Shown here: positions 19,079-28,573 of the stretch, piece by piece | Layout: each line of letters starts with the position of its first letter | Numbering within the stretch: position 1 is the stretch's first letter | Origin: Planctomycetota bacterium | GTDB lineage: Bacteria; Planctomycetota; B15-G4 | Length of the DNA stretch: 64,000 bases | Assembly (NCBI GenBank): GCA_965248575.1 | Contig: CBDFJQ010000002.1 | Location: 256,001-320,000, forward strand | Direction: 5' to 3' | Notes under the pieces: model-generated | What the model was told of the DNA's origin: nothing | What the model saw: the letters and a program-made list of their open reading frames with translations, nothing else | The model's database searches: none | Translations under genes and position numbers: made by a program

Positions 19079-20467
19079 TTATGTCGGCGCGGCCTTGCGT
19101 GCGTGGGCTTGGGCCACTGATCGGGCCGGTGCCGGTGTCGGGGGTTGTAGCTGTCGCTGAGTTCGGCGCGGATTGGGGAGCCCCGCATGAACAGCGCACT
19201 CGAGTTGCTCTAGAAGCAGGTCGGCGGGGAGCAATTCGTGCAGCCAGTGGCGAGGCGTTGTGGGCGGGAGTGCCGAGCGACCGGCGGCGGCATGCAACGA
19301 GCCGGCGGCAGCAACTCCCTCGGAGCCTGGGGCTGCGGAGGCTGGGTTGAGCAGTTGGAGAATCTTGTTCCAGTGTGCGTCCACAGCTTGCAGCTGCAGG
19401 CGCCGACGCTGCGCGGCCTGGCTGGGTGCGCTCAGGCCGTGCTGCTCGACCCAGCTCACTGTGGATTCCCAGGAAGGCCGGTGCCGTTCGATGCTGTTGA
19501 GCTGCTGCGCCAGGTCGTGGTGCTTGTGGTCTTCGCCGGGCGGCACGAGCAGCCAGGGCACTCCGAAGCTGACGGAGGCGATGGCGCCATGCATCGACGC
19601 ACCTGCATAGGATGTGGCCTGGCTCAGGCAGGCCGAGACGCTTTCCAGCGTGTCGGGTGTCTCCACGAGCATCGGTGGGGAGTTCATGCGGCCAGCCGTG
19701 GCGCGCAGCAACTCACCGTCCCGGTGGCAGGGGCCGAGGTCCAGCAACAGCGGCGAGCAGTGGAGAAGCGCCGACAGTCGGTCGAAGTGCGCCGCCAGGG
19801 CGGCCGGGTTGTCTTCCACTCGCCGGGGGCTGGCGTGCAGCACCAGCCAGCGCTCATCGGGTGATCGTCCTCGGGCCCGGCACAGCTCCGTGAACCGGCG
19901 TTCGAGTGTCCGTGCCCCGTACAGCCGTGAGAGCTCGAAGGCCGAGTCAGGGTTCACCTCCAGCGGGACGCCAGCCGAGCCCCCGTGCGGTTCCAGCCCC
20001 AAGGCCATGAGGTGGGCATGGCTGCCGGTGTCGCGCACGCTGAGCAGGGAGGAGGCCTCCGCCACCCGGCGCAGATGGGTGCCAGCGATGGGCGGCAGGG
20101 GCACCGGGATGCCGGGGGCGTTCCAGATCAGCGGGGCGTCGTCTCGGCGTGCCAGGTATTCCGCGGCCAACCAAAGTGCTGGGTAGGCGGCGGCGCCCGG
20201 TGCACCGCCTCCTGCATAGACGGCCGTCAACGGGGAGGCGTGGAGGATGTTGCCTCCGCCCAGCAGCACCGCCGTCACGCGCTTCCCCGAGGCGAGGAAC
20301 TCGTCCAGCCCGACACTCTCCAGCGCATCCCCATAGGGCCGCCCACCTCTGGGGGAGACGGCAATCACGTCGTGTCCCAGGGAAGCGAGGCGGCGTTGGG
20401 CCAAGAGCGGGAAGAGCGCATCACCGAAGTTGGCGACGTCGAAGGTACCCAGGATGGCGACAGTCAT
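19079..20467 (-). CDS. Polysaccharide pyruvyl transferase family protein
   Basis: GTFDVANFGDALFP, GGGNIL, SVRDTGS, PDSAF, SMHGAI; start taken at MTVAILG. Confidence 0.82.
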   Translation of the reverse strand: MTVAILGTFDVANFGDALFPLLAQRRLASLGHDVIAVSPRGGRPYGDALESVGLDEFLASGKRVTAVLLGGGNILHASPLTAVYAGGGAPGAAAYPALWLAAEYLARRDDAPLIWNAPGIPVPLPPIAGTHLRRVAEASSLLSVRDTGSHAHLMALGLEPHGGSAGVPLEVNPDSAFELSRLYGARTLERRFTELCRARGRSPDERWLVLHASPRRVEDNPAALAAHFDRLSALLHCSPLLLDLGPCHRDGELLRATAGRMNSPPMLVETPDTLESVSACLSQATSYAGASMHGAIASVSFGVPWLLVPPGEDHKHHDLAQQLNSIERHRPSWESTVSWVEQHGLSAPSQAAQRRRLQLQAVDAHWNKILQLLNPASAAPGSEGVAAAGSLHAAAGRSALPPTTPRHWLHELLPADLLLEQLECAVHAGLPNPRRTQRQLQPPTPAPARSVAQAHARKAAPT

Positions 20468-20718
20468 GAGGGCGACTCCGAGCGCGGTTTCACCGGGATG
20501 AGGCAGCGTCCCGGATGCCGTGGTTCCAACAACCACGGCAGCCATCCCACCACGGAGGTGCTGCGGATGGAAGGCTGCGGGGTGGCCGGCGCGTTCCAGC
20601 CCTCGCGTTCCACCCGTGGCTGTGTACCGCGAGCGCTCCGCGTGCATGTCTGACGTAGGGGTGGCGTCCCCATGGGCGGGGAGGGTGTCTGCGAGGGGCT
20701 TCCGTTAGGATGCGCGGC

Positions 20719-22062
20719 ATGACGCCACAACAACAGCAACACAGTGATCGCCGCTCCCGCCCCCTCGCCCTGATCGCCTGCCTGCTCGTCTCGAGCCTCG
20801 TGGGTTGTGCCAGCTCGGAGGGTGTGACGCGCCCCGACCTGCTCGTGGATGAGCAGGCCCCGGACCCCATTGAGGCGGAGCAGATCCAGGATCACGTGGA
20901 TGTCCTCTCGAGTGACTCGTTCGAAGGGCGGGGTGCTGCGACGCGCGGAGAGCGGCGGGCGGCCAAGTACATCGTGGCCGTACTCAAGGGCATCGACGGC
21001 ATCGTGCCGGGTGGGCCGGCAGGCAGTTGGTTCCAGGAGTTCGCCGTGCCGGCCTCGGTTGTGATGGGTGAGGTGGACTTCGGCGTGGCGCGCAACGTGC
21101 TCGCGCTGCTGCCTGGTTCGGACCCGAGCCTTGCAGAAGAAGTGATCGTGCTCGGCGCCCACTACGACCACGTGGGTCCCAGGGGGCTGCATGGTGGGTC
21201 ACTGGGCGGCATGGGCCAGATCCACAACGGCGCGGACGACAACGCGTCGGGCACCTCGCTGCTGCTGGAGGTGGCTGCAGCGCTGGCCTCTGGTGAGCGT
21301 CCGCGGCGTACGATCATGTTCCAGTGGTACTCCGCCGAGGAGCTGGGTCTCCTGGGCAGCCGGCATTGGGTAGACGAGCCGACGCTCCCGCTGGAACGGG
21401 TGGTTGCCATGATCAACTGCGACATGGTGGGGCGCATGCAGGGCAGCACGCTGCTCATCGGTGGCACCGGAAGCTCGCCCCAACTCGAGCGCCTGGTCGA
21501 GGACGCGCGCGGATTCCTGGGGATCGACTTCGTGTTGGATCCGCCGGGTAATGCGCCCTCCGACAACTCCTCCTTCTACAACAAGGACATCCCCGCGCTC
21601 TTCCTGTTCAGCGGCGTGCACGGCGACTACCACCGCCCCACGGACGATGCGGACAAGCTGAATGCGCCGGGCACCGAGCGTGTGGCGCGGCTGGCCCGGC
21701 GCTTGATTCGCGGGGTGGACCGTGGCGCTGAAGCGCCGAGCTTTCGTTCGGCGCCCGGCATGGCCAAGTACTGGACGCCGGCCGTCTACTACGGGCTCAC
21801 CTTCGACCCGTCGGAGGACGGGGCGGCACGGCTCGCCGTCTTGACGCCGGACTCGCCGGCCGGACGTGCCCGGGACAGTCAGGGGAGGAGCCTGGCGGAA
21901 GGCGACGTCCTGCTGCGCGTCGATGGCCAGGTGCCCCGCAGCATGGGCGATCTGGAACGTTCGCTACGGGTGACGGATGACGACCGGACTGCTCGGACCT
22001 TCGAATTCCTCCGGAATGACGAGCAGCTGCTCAGCGTCCGCATCCGCCCAGAGATCCGTTAG
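20719..22062 (+). CDS. M28 family aminopeptidase, lipoprotein, with C-terminal PDZ-like domain
   Basis: Lipobox LVGC; GAHYDH, GADDNASG, AEELGLLGS, NCDMVG, DYHRPTD; GDVLLRVDG (PDZ). Confidence 0.9.
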   Translation: MTPQQQQHSDRRSRPLALIACLLVSSLVGCASSEGVTRPDLLVDEQAPDPIEAEQIQDHVDVLSSDSFEGRGAATRGERRAAKYIVAVLKGIDGIVPGGPAGSWFQEFAVPASVVMGEVDFGVARNVLALLPGSDPSLAEEVIVLGAHYDHVGPRGLHGGSLGGMGQIHNGADDNASGTSLLLEVAAALASGERPRRTIMFQWYSAEELGLLGSRHWVDEPTLPLERVVAMINCDMVGRMQGSTLLIGGTGSSPQLERLVEDARGFLGIDFVLDPPGNAPSDNSSFYNKDIPALFLFSGVHGDYHRPTDDADKLNAPGTERVARLARRLIRGVDRGAEAPSFRSAPGMAKYWTPAVYYGLTFDPSEDGAARLAVLTPDSPAGRARDSQGRSLAEGDVLLRVDGQVPRSMGDLERSLRVTDDDRTARTFEFLRNDEQLLSVRIRPEIR

Positions 22063-22066
22063 TCGG

Positions 22067-22495
22067 TCACGCCCCGCCGGCCACCTCGCGACGCCCCATG
22101 CTCCTGAGCTGCGTGCGCAGCCTCTCGGCGGCTTGGTCCAGCGCCTCCGGGAGCGCGTTGCGATCGGCTTTCGAGAAGTTCATGTCCCCCAGCTCCCAGA
22201 TGGGGACCAGGTGATAGTGGACATGGGGGACCTCGAGCCCGGCGACCATGAGGCCGACCTTGGGCGGCTTCCAGGTGGCGTGGATGGCGCTGGAAACGAC
22301 CCGCGCCACCTCGTGCAGATGGGCAGCTAGCTCGGCCGGCACGTCGATCCAATGGTCGATCTCTTCCCTTGGGACCACGAGGGTGTGGCCGGGCCGAATG
22401 GGCTCGATGGTGAGGAAGGCAACGCACAGCTCGTCCTGCCAAACGAAACGGCCGGGGAGTTCGCCTGCGATGATCTTGGTGAAGAGGCTGGCCAC
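22067..22495 (-). CDS. HIT family hydrolase
   Basis: SLFTKIIAGELP, PGHTLVVP, VPHVHYHL histidine triad. Confidence 0.92.
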   Translation of the reverse strand: MASLFTKIIAGELPGRFVWQDELCVAFLTIEPIRPGHTLVVPREEIDHWIDVPAELAAHLHEVARVVSSAIHATWKPPKVGLMVAGLEVPHVHYHLVPIWELGDMNFSKADRNALPEALDQAAERLRTQLRSMGRREVAGGA

Positions 22496-22904
22496 GGCGG
22501 GGTCTCGAAGGCTTGAAAAGGGGCGGCGCTGGGCCGCAAGCCCGGCGAGCACCGGATATACCACGGGCGAGCCGCCACGGGCCTGCAGGCGCTGCGAGCT
22601 GAGCTGGCCATCACCTGGGGGGGCGACGAGGGCGATACATCAGGTCACGCGCATAGGTCTTTGCGTAGCCCCCGGTTCCTTTATGGTCCCGCTGCCGAAA
22701 GCCGAAGAGATGGTTGCGCCCGAGACGTTCGGCCGCGGTGCGACGGACCGGCTATAGATCGACTGAGGGCTCCCACAGCTCGTCACTCGAAGGGCGCCCG
22801 GCCACCGATTTGCTGACGTCCCGAGGTTTGGAAACGCCCGCCATTTCCCGTGGAATGGTGGGGAGACTCCGACTCGCTGGACCGCCTCGACCGAAGGGCC
22901 CCGA

Positions 22905-25334
22905 ATGTTCACGACCGTCGTCATGCTGGGCATCGTCATTGCCCTGTTGCTCTATGGGTTCGGGTATTGGGCCTGGGTAGCGGCCGGGGGCTTCGCCCTT
23001 GAGCGCTGTTGGACGATCTCCGGCAGCGCCGGGTGGGACGGTGTCTCATTCTTGGGTGCGGCCTGCACCGCTCTGTGGATTGGCGCCGCGCTGCTCTTCG
23101 GGTACCAGCCCTGGCGGCGGGCGTTGCTGACGCGCCATGTCATGCGCATCATCGGCCCAATCCTGCCCGTGTTGTCGAGCACCGAGAAGGAAGCACTCGA
23201 GGCCGGGACTGTCTGGTGGGATGGCGACCTTTTCAGTGGCAAGCCCGCCTGGACCAAGTTGCTGCGTTTCGAGGTGTCGGGCTTGTCGTCCGATGAGCAG
23301 GCCTTCCTGGATGGGCCGGTGGAAGACCTGTGTGCGATGGTGGACGACTACCAGGTGACACAGGACGGCGACTTGCCCGAACCCGTGTGGCAGCACCTCA
23401 AGCATCACGGCTTCTTCGGGATGATCGTGCCCAAGGAGCATGGCGGCCTGGGCTTCAGCGCCCAGGCGCACTCAGCCGTGGTGACCAAGTTGTCGAGCCG
23501 GAGTTGTGCGGCGGCGGTCACGGTGATGGTGCCCAACTCCCTGGGACCGGCTGAGTTGATCCTGCACTACGGGACGGACGAGCAACGGGCTCATTGGTTG
23601 CCGCGTCTGGCCAAGGGCGAAGAGATCCCGAGCTTCGCGCTCACGGGGCCGGAGAACGGCAGCGATGCCGCGGCCATGCGCGCAAACGGCGTGGTCTGCA
23701 AGGGACAGTGGGAAGGTCAGGAAGTGCTGGGTCTGCGCCTCAACTGGAAGAAGCGCTACACCACGTTGGGTCCGGTAGCGACGGTGATCGGCCTGGCCTT
23801 CAAGATGTTCGACCCTGAGCAGCTGTTGGGTGAGGTGGAGGACATGGGTATCACCTGCGCGCTCATTCCCAGCGCGACGCCGGGCGTGGAGATCGGCGAC
23901 CGCCACGACCCCATGGGCGTGCCCTTCTTGAACGGGCCGAACGAAGGCCACGACGTCTTCGTTCCCCTCGACGCCATCATCGGCGGCCCTGCCATGGCCG
24001 GTCAGGGCTGGCGCATGCTCATGGACTGCCTGTCCGCGGGGCGCAGCATCTCCCTGCCGTCTCTCTCCTGCGGTTCCTCGCAACTCGCCGTGCGTTACAC
24101 CGGCGCGTACTCCACCGTTCGAGAGCAGTTCAATCTGTCGGTGGGGCGCTTCGAGGGTGTCCAGGAGGCGCTGACGCGCATGGTGGGTCTCAACTACACA
24201 ATGAACGCCGTGCGCACGCTGACGGCGGCAGCCGTGGACGCCGGTGAGAAGCCTTCCGTGCTCTCGGCCGTCGTCAAGGCGTACACGACGCAGGGCATGC
24301 GCGAGCTCGTGACGGATGGCATGGATGTGGTGGGTGGCGCGGGTATTTCGCGCGGGCCCCGCAACGTGCTGGCACCGATCTACCAGGCGGCGCCCATCGG
24401 CATCACGGTCGAAGGGGCGAACATCCTGACGCGCACCATGATCATCTTCGGTCAGGGCGCCATCCGCTGCCATCCCTTCGTCCAGGACGAGCTGGCAGGT
24501 GTGGCAGATCGCGACCTCGTGCGTTTCGACCGTGCGTTCTGGGGCCACGTGAACGTGGTCGCCTGCAACGTGGGCCGTGCCTTTGGGCGAGGCCTGGTGA
24601 CGTTGCCCATGGCGACCGATCGTGCGGGCTGGGAAGTGGGCCGCCTGCTCGGTCGTGTCTCGCGGATGAGCGCAGCCTTCGCGGTCCTGGCAGACGTGGC
24701 CATGGGGACGCTCGGGTCCGATCTCAAACGCAAGGAACGGCTCGCGGGCCGTTTCTCGGATGCGCTCGCCTGGATGTACCTGGCCAGCGCGACCGCCAAG
24801 CGCTTCGTGGACGAAGGGCGCATCGACGCCGACCGTGCCGTCATGCGTTGGAGCATGGAGCACGCGCTCTGGAAGACGCAGACCGCCCTGGTCGAGGTCC
24901 TGGACAACCTGCCCTTGCGCCCCGCGGCCTGGGCCTTGCGCTGGGTGCTCTTCCCCCTGGGCACTCGCGCCAAGCCCCCCACGGACAGGGTGGCCAACAA
25001 GGTGGCCACAGGCGTCCTGGCTGCCGGCGAACAACGGCTGCGTCACACGGCGGATGCCTACACCCCGTCCGAGCAGGAGCCAGGCCTCGGTTCGTTGGAG
25101 AAACACCTGCGTACGATTCTTGCCGCCACGGAAGCGCAGAAGCGGTTGCGCAGCGCCAGGCGCGAAGGCCGCCTTGCATCCTCTGCGGGAGCGGCGGGTC
25201 TCGCGAAGGCCGTGGAGCTGGGCATCTTGACCCAGGCCCAAGCCGATCAGGTCAGCGCCGCGCGGTCAGCTCGCGACGACGCGATCCAGGTGGATGCCTT
25301 CGGGCCAGAGGCTTTCGCTTCCCTGCGCGGTTGA
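22905..25334 (+). CDS. fadE: Acyl-CoA dehydrogenase, FadE type
   Basis: TEKEALEAGTVWWD, TVMVPNSLGPAEL, FALTGPENGSDA, PIGITVEGANILTR; N-terminal TMs and DUF1974-like tail. Confidence 0.93.
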   Translation: MFTTVVMLGIVIALLLYGFGYWAWVAAGGFALERCWTISGSAGWDGVSFLGAACTALWIGAALLFGYQPWRRALLTRHVMRIIGPILPVLSSTEKEALEAGTVWWDGDLFSGKPAWTKLLRFEVSGLSSDEQAFLDGPVEDLCAMVDDYQVTQDGDLPEPVWQHLKHHGFFGMIVPKEHGGLGFSAQAHSAVVTKLSSRSCAAAVTVMVPNSLGPAELILHYGTDEQRAHWLPRLAKGEEIPSFALTGPENGSDAAAMRANGVVCKGQWEGQEVLGLRLNWKKRYTTLGPVATVIGLAFKMFDPEQLLGEVEDMGITCALIPSATPGVEIGDRHDPMGVPFLNGPNEGHDVFVPLDAIIGGPAMAGQGWRMLMDCLSAGRSISLPSLSCGSSQLAVRYTGAYSTVREQFNLSVGRFEGVQEALTRMVGLNYTMNAVRTLTAAAVDAGEKPSVLSAVVKAYTTQGMRELVTDGMDVVGGAGISRGPRNVLAPIYQAAPIGITVEGANILTRTMIIFGQGAIRCHPFVQDELAGVADRDLVRFDRAFWGHVNVVACNVGRAFGRGLVTLPMATDRAGWEVGRLLGRVSRMSAAFAVLADVAMGTLGSDLKRKERLAGRFSDALAWMYLASATAKRFVDEGRIDADRAVMRWSMEHALWKTQTALVEVLDNLPLRPAAWALRWVLFPLGTRAKPPTDRVANKVATGVLAAGEQRLRHTADAYTPSEQEPGLGSLEKHLRTILAATEAQKRLRSARREGRLASSAGAAGLAKAVELGILTQAQADQVSAARSARDDAIQVDAFGPEAFASLRG

Positions 25335-25352
25335 GGGTTCGGGCTCGCGCTC

Positions 25353-25658
25353 TCAGTCTACGTGCAGGAAGAGGTCCGTTGAGTCGCAACTGACGTCGTA
25401 GGTTTCGGCGTCATCCTCGCACGGGGGGCCGCAGACACCGGTGCGCACGTCAACTGTCGCGCCGTGCAGAGGGCACGTGGCCTTCATGCCCGCCATGCTG
25501 CCTTCGGAGAAGAAGCCGCCCGCATGGGGGCAGGCGTCGTCGATCGCGTAGTACTGGCCGGTAGTGTTGTAGACGGCGTAGCGCTTTCCATCCAGATCCA
25601 CACGGGTGCCCTTCCCAACGGGGAAGTTCTCTGCGGGACCGATGTTCTTGAGGACCAC
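25353..25658 (-). CDS. Rieske [2Fe-2S] ferredoxin
   Basis: CPH...CPLH ligand pairs (YAIDDACPHAG, TCPLHG). Confidence 0.88.
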   Translation of the reverse strand: MVLKNIGPAENFPVGKGTRVDLDGKRYAVYNTTGQYYAIDDACPHAGGFFSEGSMAGMKATCPLHGATVDVRTGVCGPPCEDDAETYDVSCDSTDLFLHVD

Positions 25659-25816
25659 GGGCGATGCTCCAAGGAAGGGGTGCCCAGGGCAGGATGCGAC
25701 CCTGGGTGCTGGCGGGTCGCGGATTGTAGGGAATGGCCCAGGCAGAGTCAGCGACGGAGCGATACGATGTGCAGCGATCGGCTGCCCGCCCGGTCCTTCT
25801 CTTGGGAGCTTCGCTC

Positions 25817-26749
25817 ATGGGGACCCAGACTCCTCTCATCTCGTCCGTGCTGTCCGCTGCCGTGTTCGGGTTTCTCGCGGGTCCGGCTGCAAGTCTTGCC
25901 GTGGCACCAGAGCCCGCAACGCCTGTTGTTCAAGATGCTGAGGACGCCCTCACCGAGAAGTCCTTGCGGCAGCAGTTCCGAGCTGCCTACGCCTCGCCCA
26001 AGGAGGAGGCTCGCGCCGAGGCCGTGGCCACGCTGGGCAGTGCGTCCAGAAGCTTGTCGGATGGCGGCTCGAGCAAGCTCATGGCCAAGACCCTGGCGGG
26101 GGCCCTGGATGACAAGTCCATGGCCGTGCAGTCGGCGGCTGTGGCGGCGCTCACCTATGGGCGCCACGTCGAAACAGCCATCGATGTGCTGGGCGACTAC
26201 CTGCACGAACTGAAGAAGCTGAGCGAGAAGCTGGGGACACGACCCGACGAAGAGTCCCGTGATACACGCAACCAGGCTGGTCGACTCTTCACGCAGGTGT
26301 GCGTGGCCTTGGGACGACACCCGGATGATCGGTCCATGGAGGCCCTTGCGGACCAGCTGGTGAAGCTTCGCCCGCGCATGGGTGCCAGCAGCACCTCGGA
26401 GCTGTTCGTGCGCCCATTGGCCGCCGCACTGCTCGAGCTGGGCTCGCAGAAGTCCGTCGAGCATGTCATCTCGACGGTGGGGGTGTTTTCAGGCAACGCG
26501 TTGACCAATGGTGTCTCTGCGGGCACGGCGCGCTCCTTGCACGATGCCCTGACCGCGTTCTCCGAAGAACTGGGCTATGGGGCGACAGCCTTTCGGGAGA
26601 CCTACGACGTCGACTGGCGCAATTGGTTCAAGAAGCACGAGGACGAGTTGCCGACGAAGCTGGGCAAACTGAAGGACCCCATCTCTGCGCCCATGCGCAT
26701 GCCCAACAGCATGAATCGCCGCCGGCCTGGAACGCGGGAACGTCCGTAG
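25817..26749 (+). CDS. Secreted helical/HEAT-repeat hypothetical protein
   Basis: Signal-like N-terminus; RAEAVATLG and VQSAAVAAL repeats; C-terminal WRNWF motif; start uncertain (25733 possible). Confidence 0.6.
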   Translation: MGTQTPLISSVLSAAVFGFLAGPAASLAVAPEPATPVVQDAEDALTEKSLRQQFRAAYASPKEEARAEAVATLGSASRSLSDGGSSKLMAKTLAGALDDKSMAVQSAAVAALTYGRHVETAIDVLGDYLHELKKLSEKLGTRPDEESRDTRNQAGRLFTQVCVALGRHPDDRSMEALADQLVKLRPRMGASSTSELFVRPLAAALLELGSQKSVEHVISTVGVFSGNALTNGVSAGTARSLHDALTAFSEELGYGATAFRETYDVDWRNWFKKHEDELPTKLGKLKDPISAPMRMPNSMNRRRPGTRERP

Positions 26750-26752
26750 CTC

Positions 26753-27208
26753 ATGACGTCTGCCCGGCCACCGTTTCATCTGGCCTTCCCCGTGCATGAC
26801 CTCGGCTTGGCGCGCGACTTCTACGGTGGCTTGTTGGGCTGCCCCGAAGGGCGCTCCAGCGAGGCCTGGGTCGACTTCGATCTCCGTGGACATCAGATCG
26901 TTGCGCATCTCGTGCACGATGCCGTGGCTTCCGCTGCAGGGGAATCGGGAGCGGCAAGCGCGGTGGATGGGGACCAGGTTCCCGTGAGGCACTTCGGCCT
27001 GGTGCTGGGCTGGGGGGATTGGGAAGCGCTGGCACAACGGGTCGAAGACTCCAACGTCCCCTTCCTGATTGCCCCGCGCGTCCGTTTTCAGGGGCAGGCC
27101 GGGGAGCAGGGAACGTTCTTCGTTCGGGACCCGAGTGGCAATGCTCTCGAGTTCAAGGCGTTCCGGGAGGCTTCCCAACTCTTTGCACAGCGAGTGAAGG
27201 GGTCCTAG
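26753..27208 (+). CDS. VOC/glyoxalase family protein
   Basis: PFHLAFPVHDL, WVDFDLRGHQIVAH, HFG, DPSGNALEFK. Confidence 0.92.
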   Translation: MTSARPPFHLAFPVHDLGLARDFYGGLLGCPEGRSSEAWVDFDLRGHQIVAHLVHDAVASAAGESGAASAVDGDQVPVRHFGLVLGWGDWEALAQRVEDSNVPFLIAPRVRFQGQAGEQGTFFVRDPSGNALEFKAFREASQLFAQRVKGS

Positions 27209-27774
27209 GAGGACCAACTCGTGAAGGTTCGCTTGAGTCGCACCTTCACACCGGGCGCATCGGGAGTCTCGCTGCTCTTCATCAGCCCCGCGTACTCGGG
27301 TGGCTGGCCGACTGCGCTCACGAGTCGCAGCCGAAGCTCCCAGCGGCCTCGCTGGCCGTTGGGGGTCCCCGACTCGTCGAGCTGGGGTGCGGGGCCGGTG
27401 ATGATCAACTCCTGCTGTTCCGCCCGCACCGTCATGGCCACCGGCAGCGACGCCCGTATGAGTTCTTCCGCAGATTCGGAGCTGCGCCAATCAAACGAAA
27501 GCCAGCTGCCGCTCCAGGCGTGCGGGTCGTCTTCGGCCTGAAGCTCCAGCCGGATCCCCCGATTGGGCAGCTCATCGGACAGTGCCCACCACCCGCCATC
27601 CATGAGCCCTGGTTCACCGCTGGCGACAGGCAGGCTCGGTTCCTGTTCCGATGTGAGCGAATGATCGAGCTGGGAGTCGGGAGAACAGTTCGCAAGAAGA
27701 CACGCGATGCTTACGACGAGGGCGAGCCTGCAGAGTTCGACGGCAGGCCCAAGGCGCAGGGAAGGTCGATGCAT
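27205..27774 (-). CDS. Hypothetical protein, possible lipoprotein
   Basis: Hydrophobic stretch ending LLANC; beta-rich, Trp-containing body; stop overlaps the stop of the VOC gene. Confidence 0.5.
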   Translation of the reverse strand: MHRPSLRLGPAVELCRLALVVSIACLLANCSPDSQLDHSLTSEQEPSLPVASGEPGLMDGGWWALSDELPNRGIRLELQAEDDPHAWSGSWLSFDWRSSESAEELIRASLPVAMTVRAEQQELIITGPAPQLDESGTPNGQRGRWELRLRLVSAVGQPPEYAGLMKSSETPDAPGVKVRLKRTFTSWSS

Positions 27775-28048
27775 GGGGCCCGGGTTCCGTCGTGGTGGGA
27801 GGATGCCTACTTGCGTGCGCCAGGACTCCCTGCGAGGCGGGATCGCCTGGAAGCCGTGGGGAGTCTACTTCTTGAACACCCACGCATGCCCACCCGCTCG
27901 GGGGGGGGAGTGCCGGAAGGCCCACCAATGACAGGACTGGAAGCGTCGAGCGGCATGGCGTGAGACCAATGGCCGGGCTTGCTACACTCCTGGCCCCATC
28001 TCCCGCTTCCCCGCGGGGAGGGACCGGATTCCACCCTCGGAACGCCTG

Positions 28049-28531
28049 ATGCTCTACTCAGCGACCATCGAGTACGCCCTCCGAGCCATGGCGCACATCG
28101 CCACCCTCGAAGCCGGAGAGCGCATCCTGGCGCGGGACCTGGCGGCCGCCACGAACGTCCCGCGACAATTCCTCGGCAAGATCCTCCATCGTCTTGCCCG
28201 GCTGGGACTGCTGGATTCTGCCAAGGGACGTGGGGGCGGTTTCCGGTTCAATCGACCAGCCACGGAAATCGCCGTGTCCGATGTCGTCGTGGCCTTGGAA
28301 GGTGGCGACATCATGAAGCAGTGCGTGCTGGGTCTCGACGAGTGCAACGACGACCAGCCGTGCCCGATGCACGACGAGTGGAAGGTGTTCCGGCACTCTC
28401 TCGTCGAACGGGTGTTCGCGATGCCCATCGCGATTCTCGGCGCGAACCTGAAGGCGAAGCGGGCCCTTCACCATCCCGTGCTCACGGGCGGCCAGGAGCC
28501 GCCAGCTCCGGAGAGTCCGCCTGGCAGCTGA
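28049..28531 (+). CDS. Rrf2 family Fe-S transcriptional regulator
   Basis: EYALRAM, FLGKIL, SAKGRGGGF, three Cys in CVLGLDECNDDQPC; TACACT box about 60 nt upstream. Confidence 0.92.
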   Translation: MLYSATIEYALRAMAHIATLEAGERILARDLAAATNVPRQFLGKILHRLARLGLLDSAKGRGGGFRFNRPATEIAVSDVVVALEGGDIMKQCVLGLDECNDDQPCPMHDEWKVFRHSLVERVFAMPIAILGANLKAKRALHHPVLTGGQEPPAPESPPGS

Positions 28532-28573
28532 TCCGCTTTCGGGCGCCGCTCGTTGGCGTTTTTCAGCCAGGCG

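Noticed and set aside
855..20700. Glycan locus as a mobile genomic island
   Set aside because: No integrase, tRNA, transposase or flanking direct repeats seen; a compositional shift could not be quantified by eye
22496..22904. About 400-bp intergenic gap as an ncRNA or small ORF
   Set aside because: Only short GC hairpins and no convincing ORF or known RNA motif; consistent with divergent promoters
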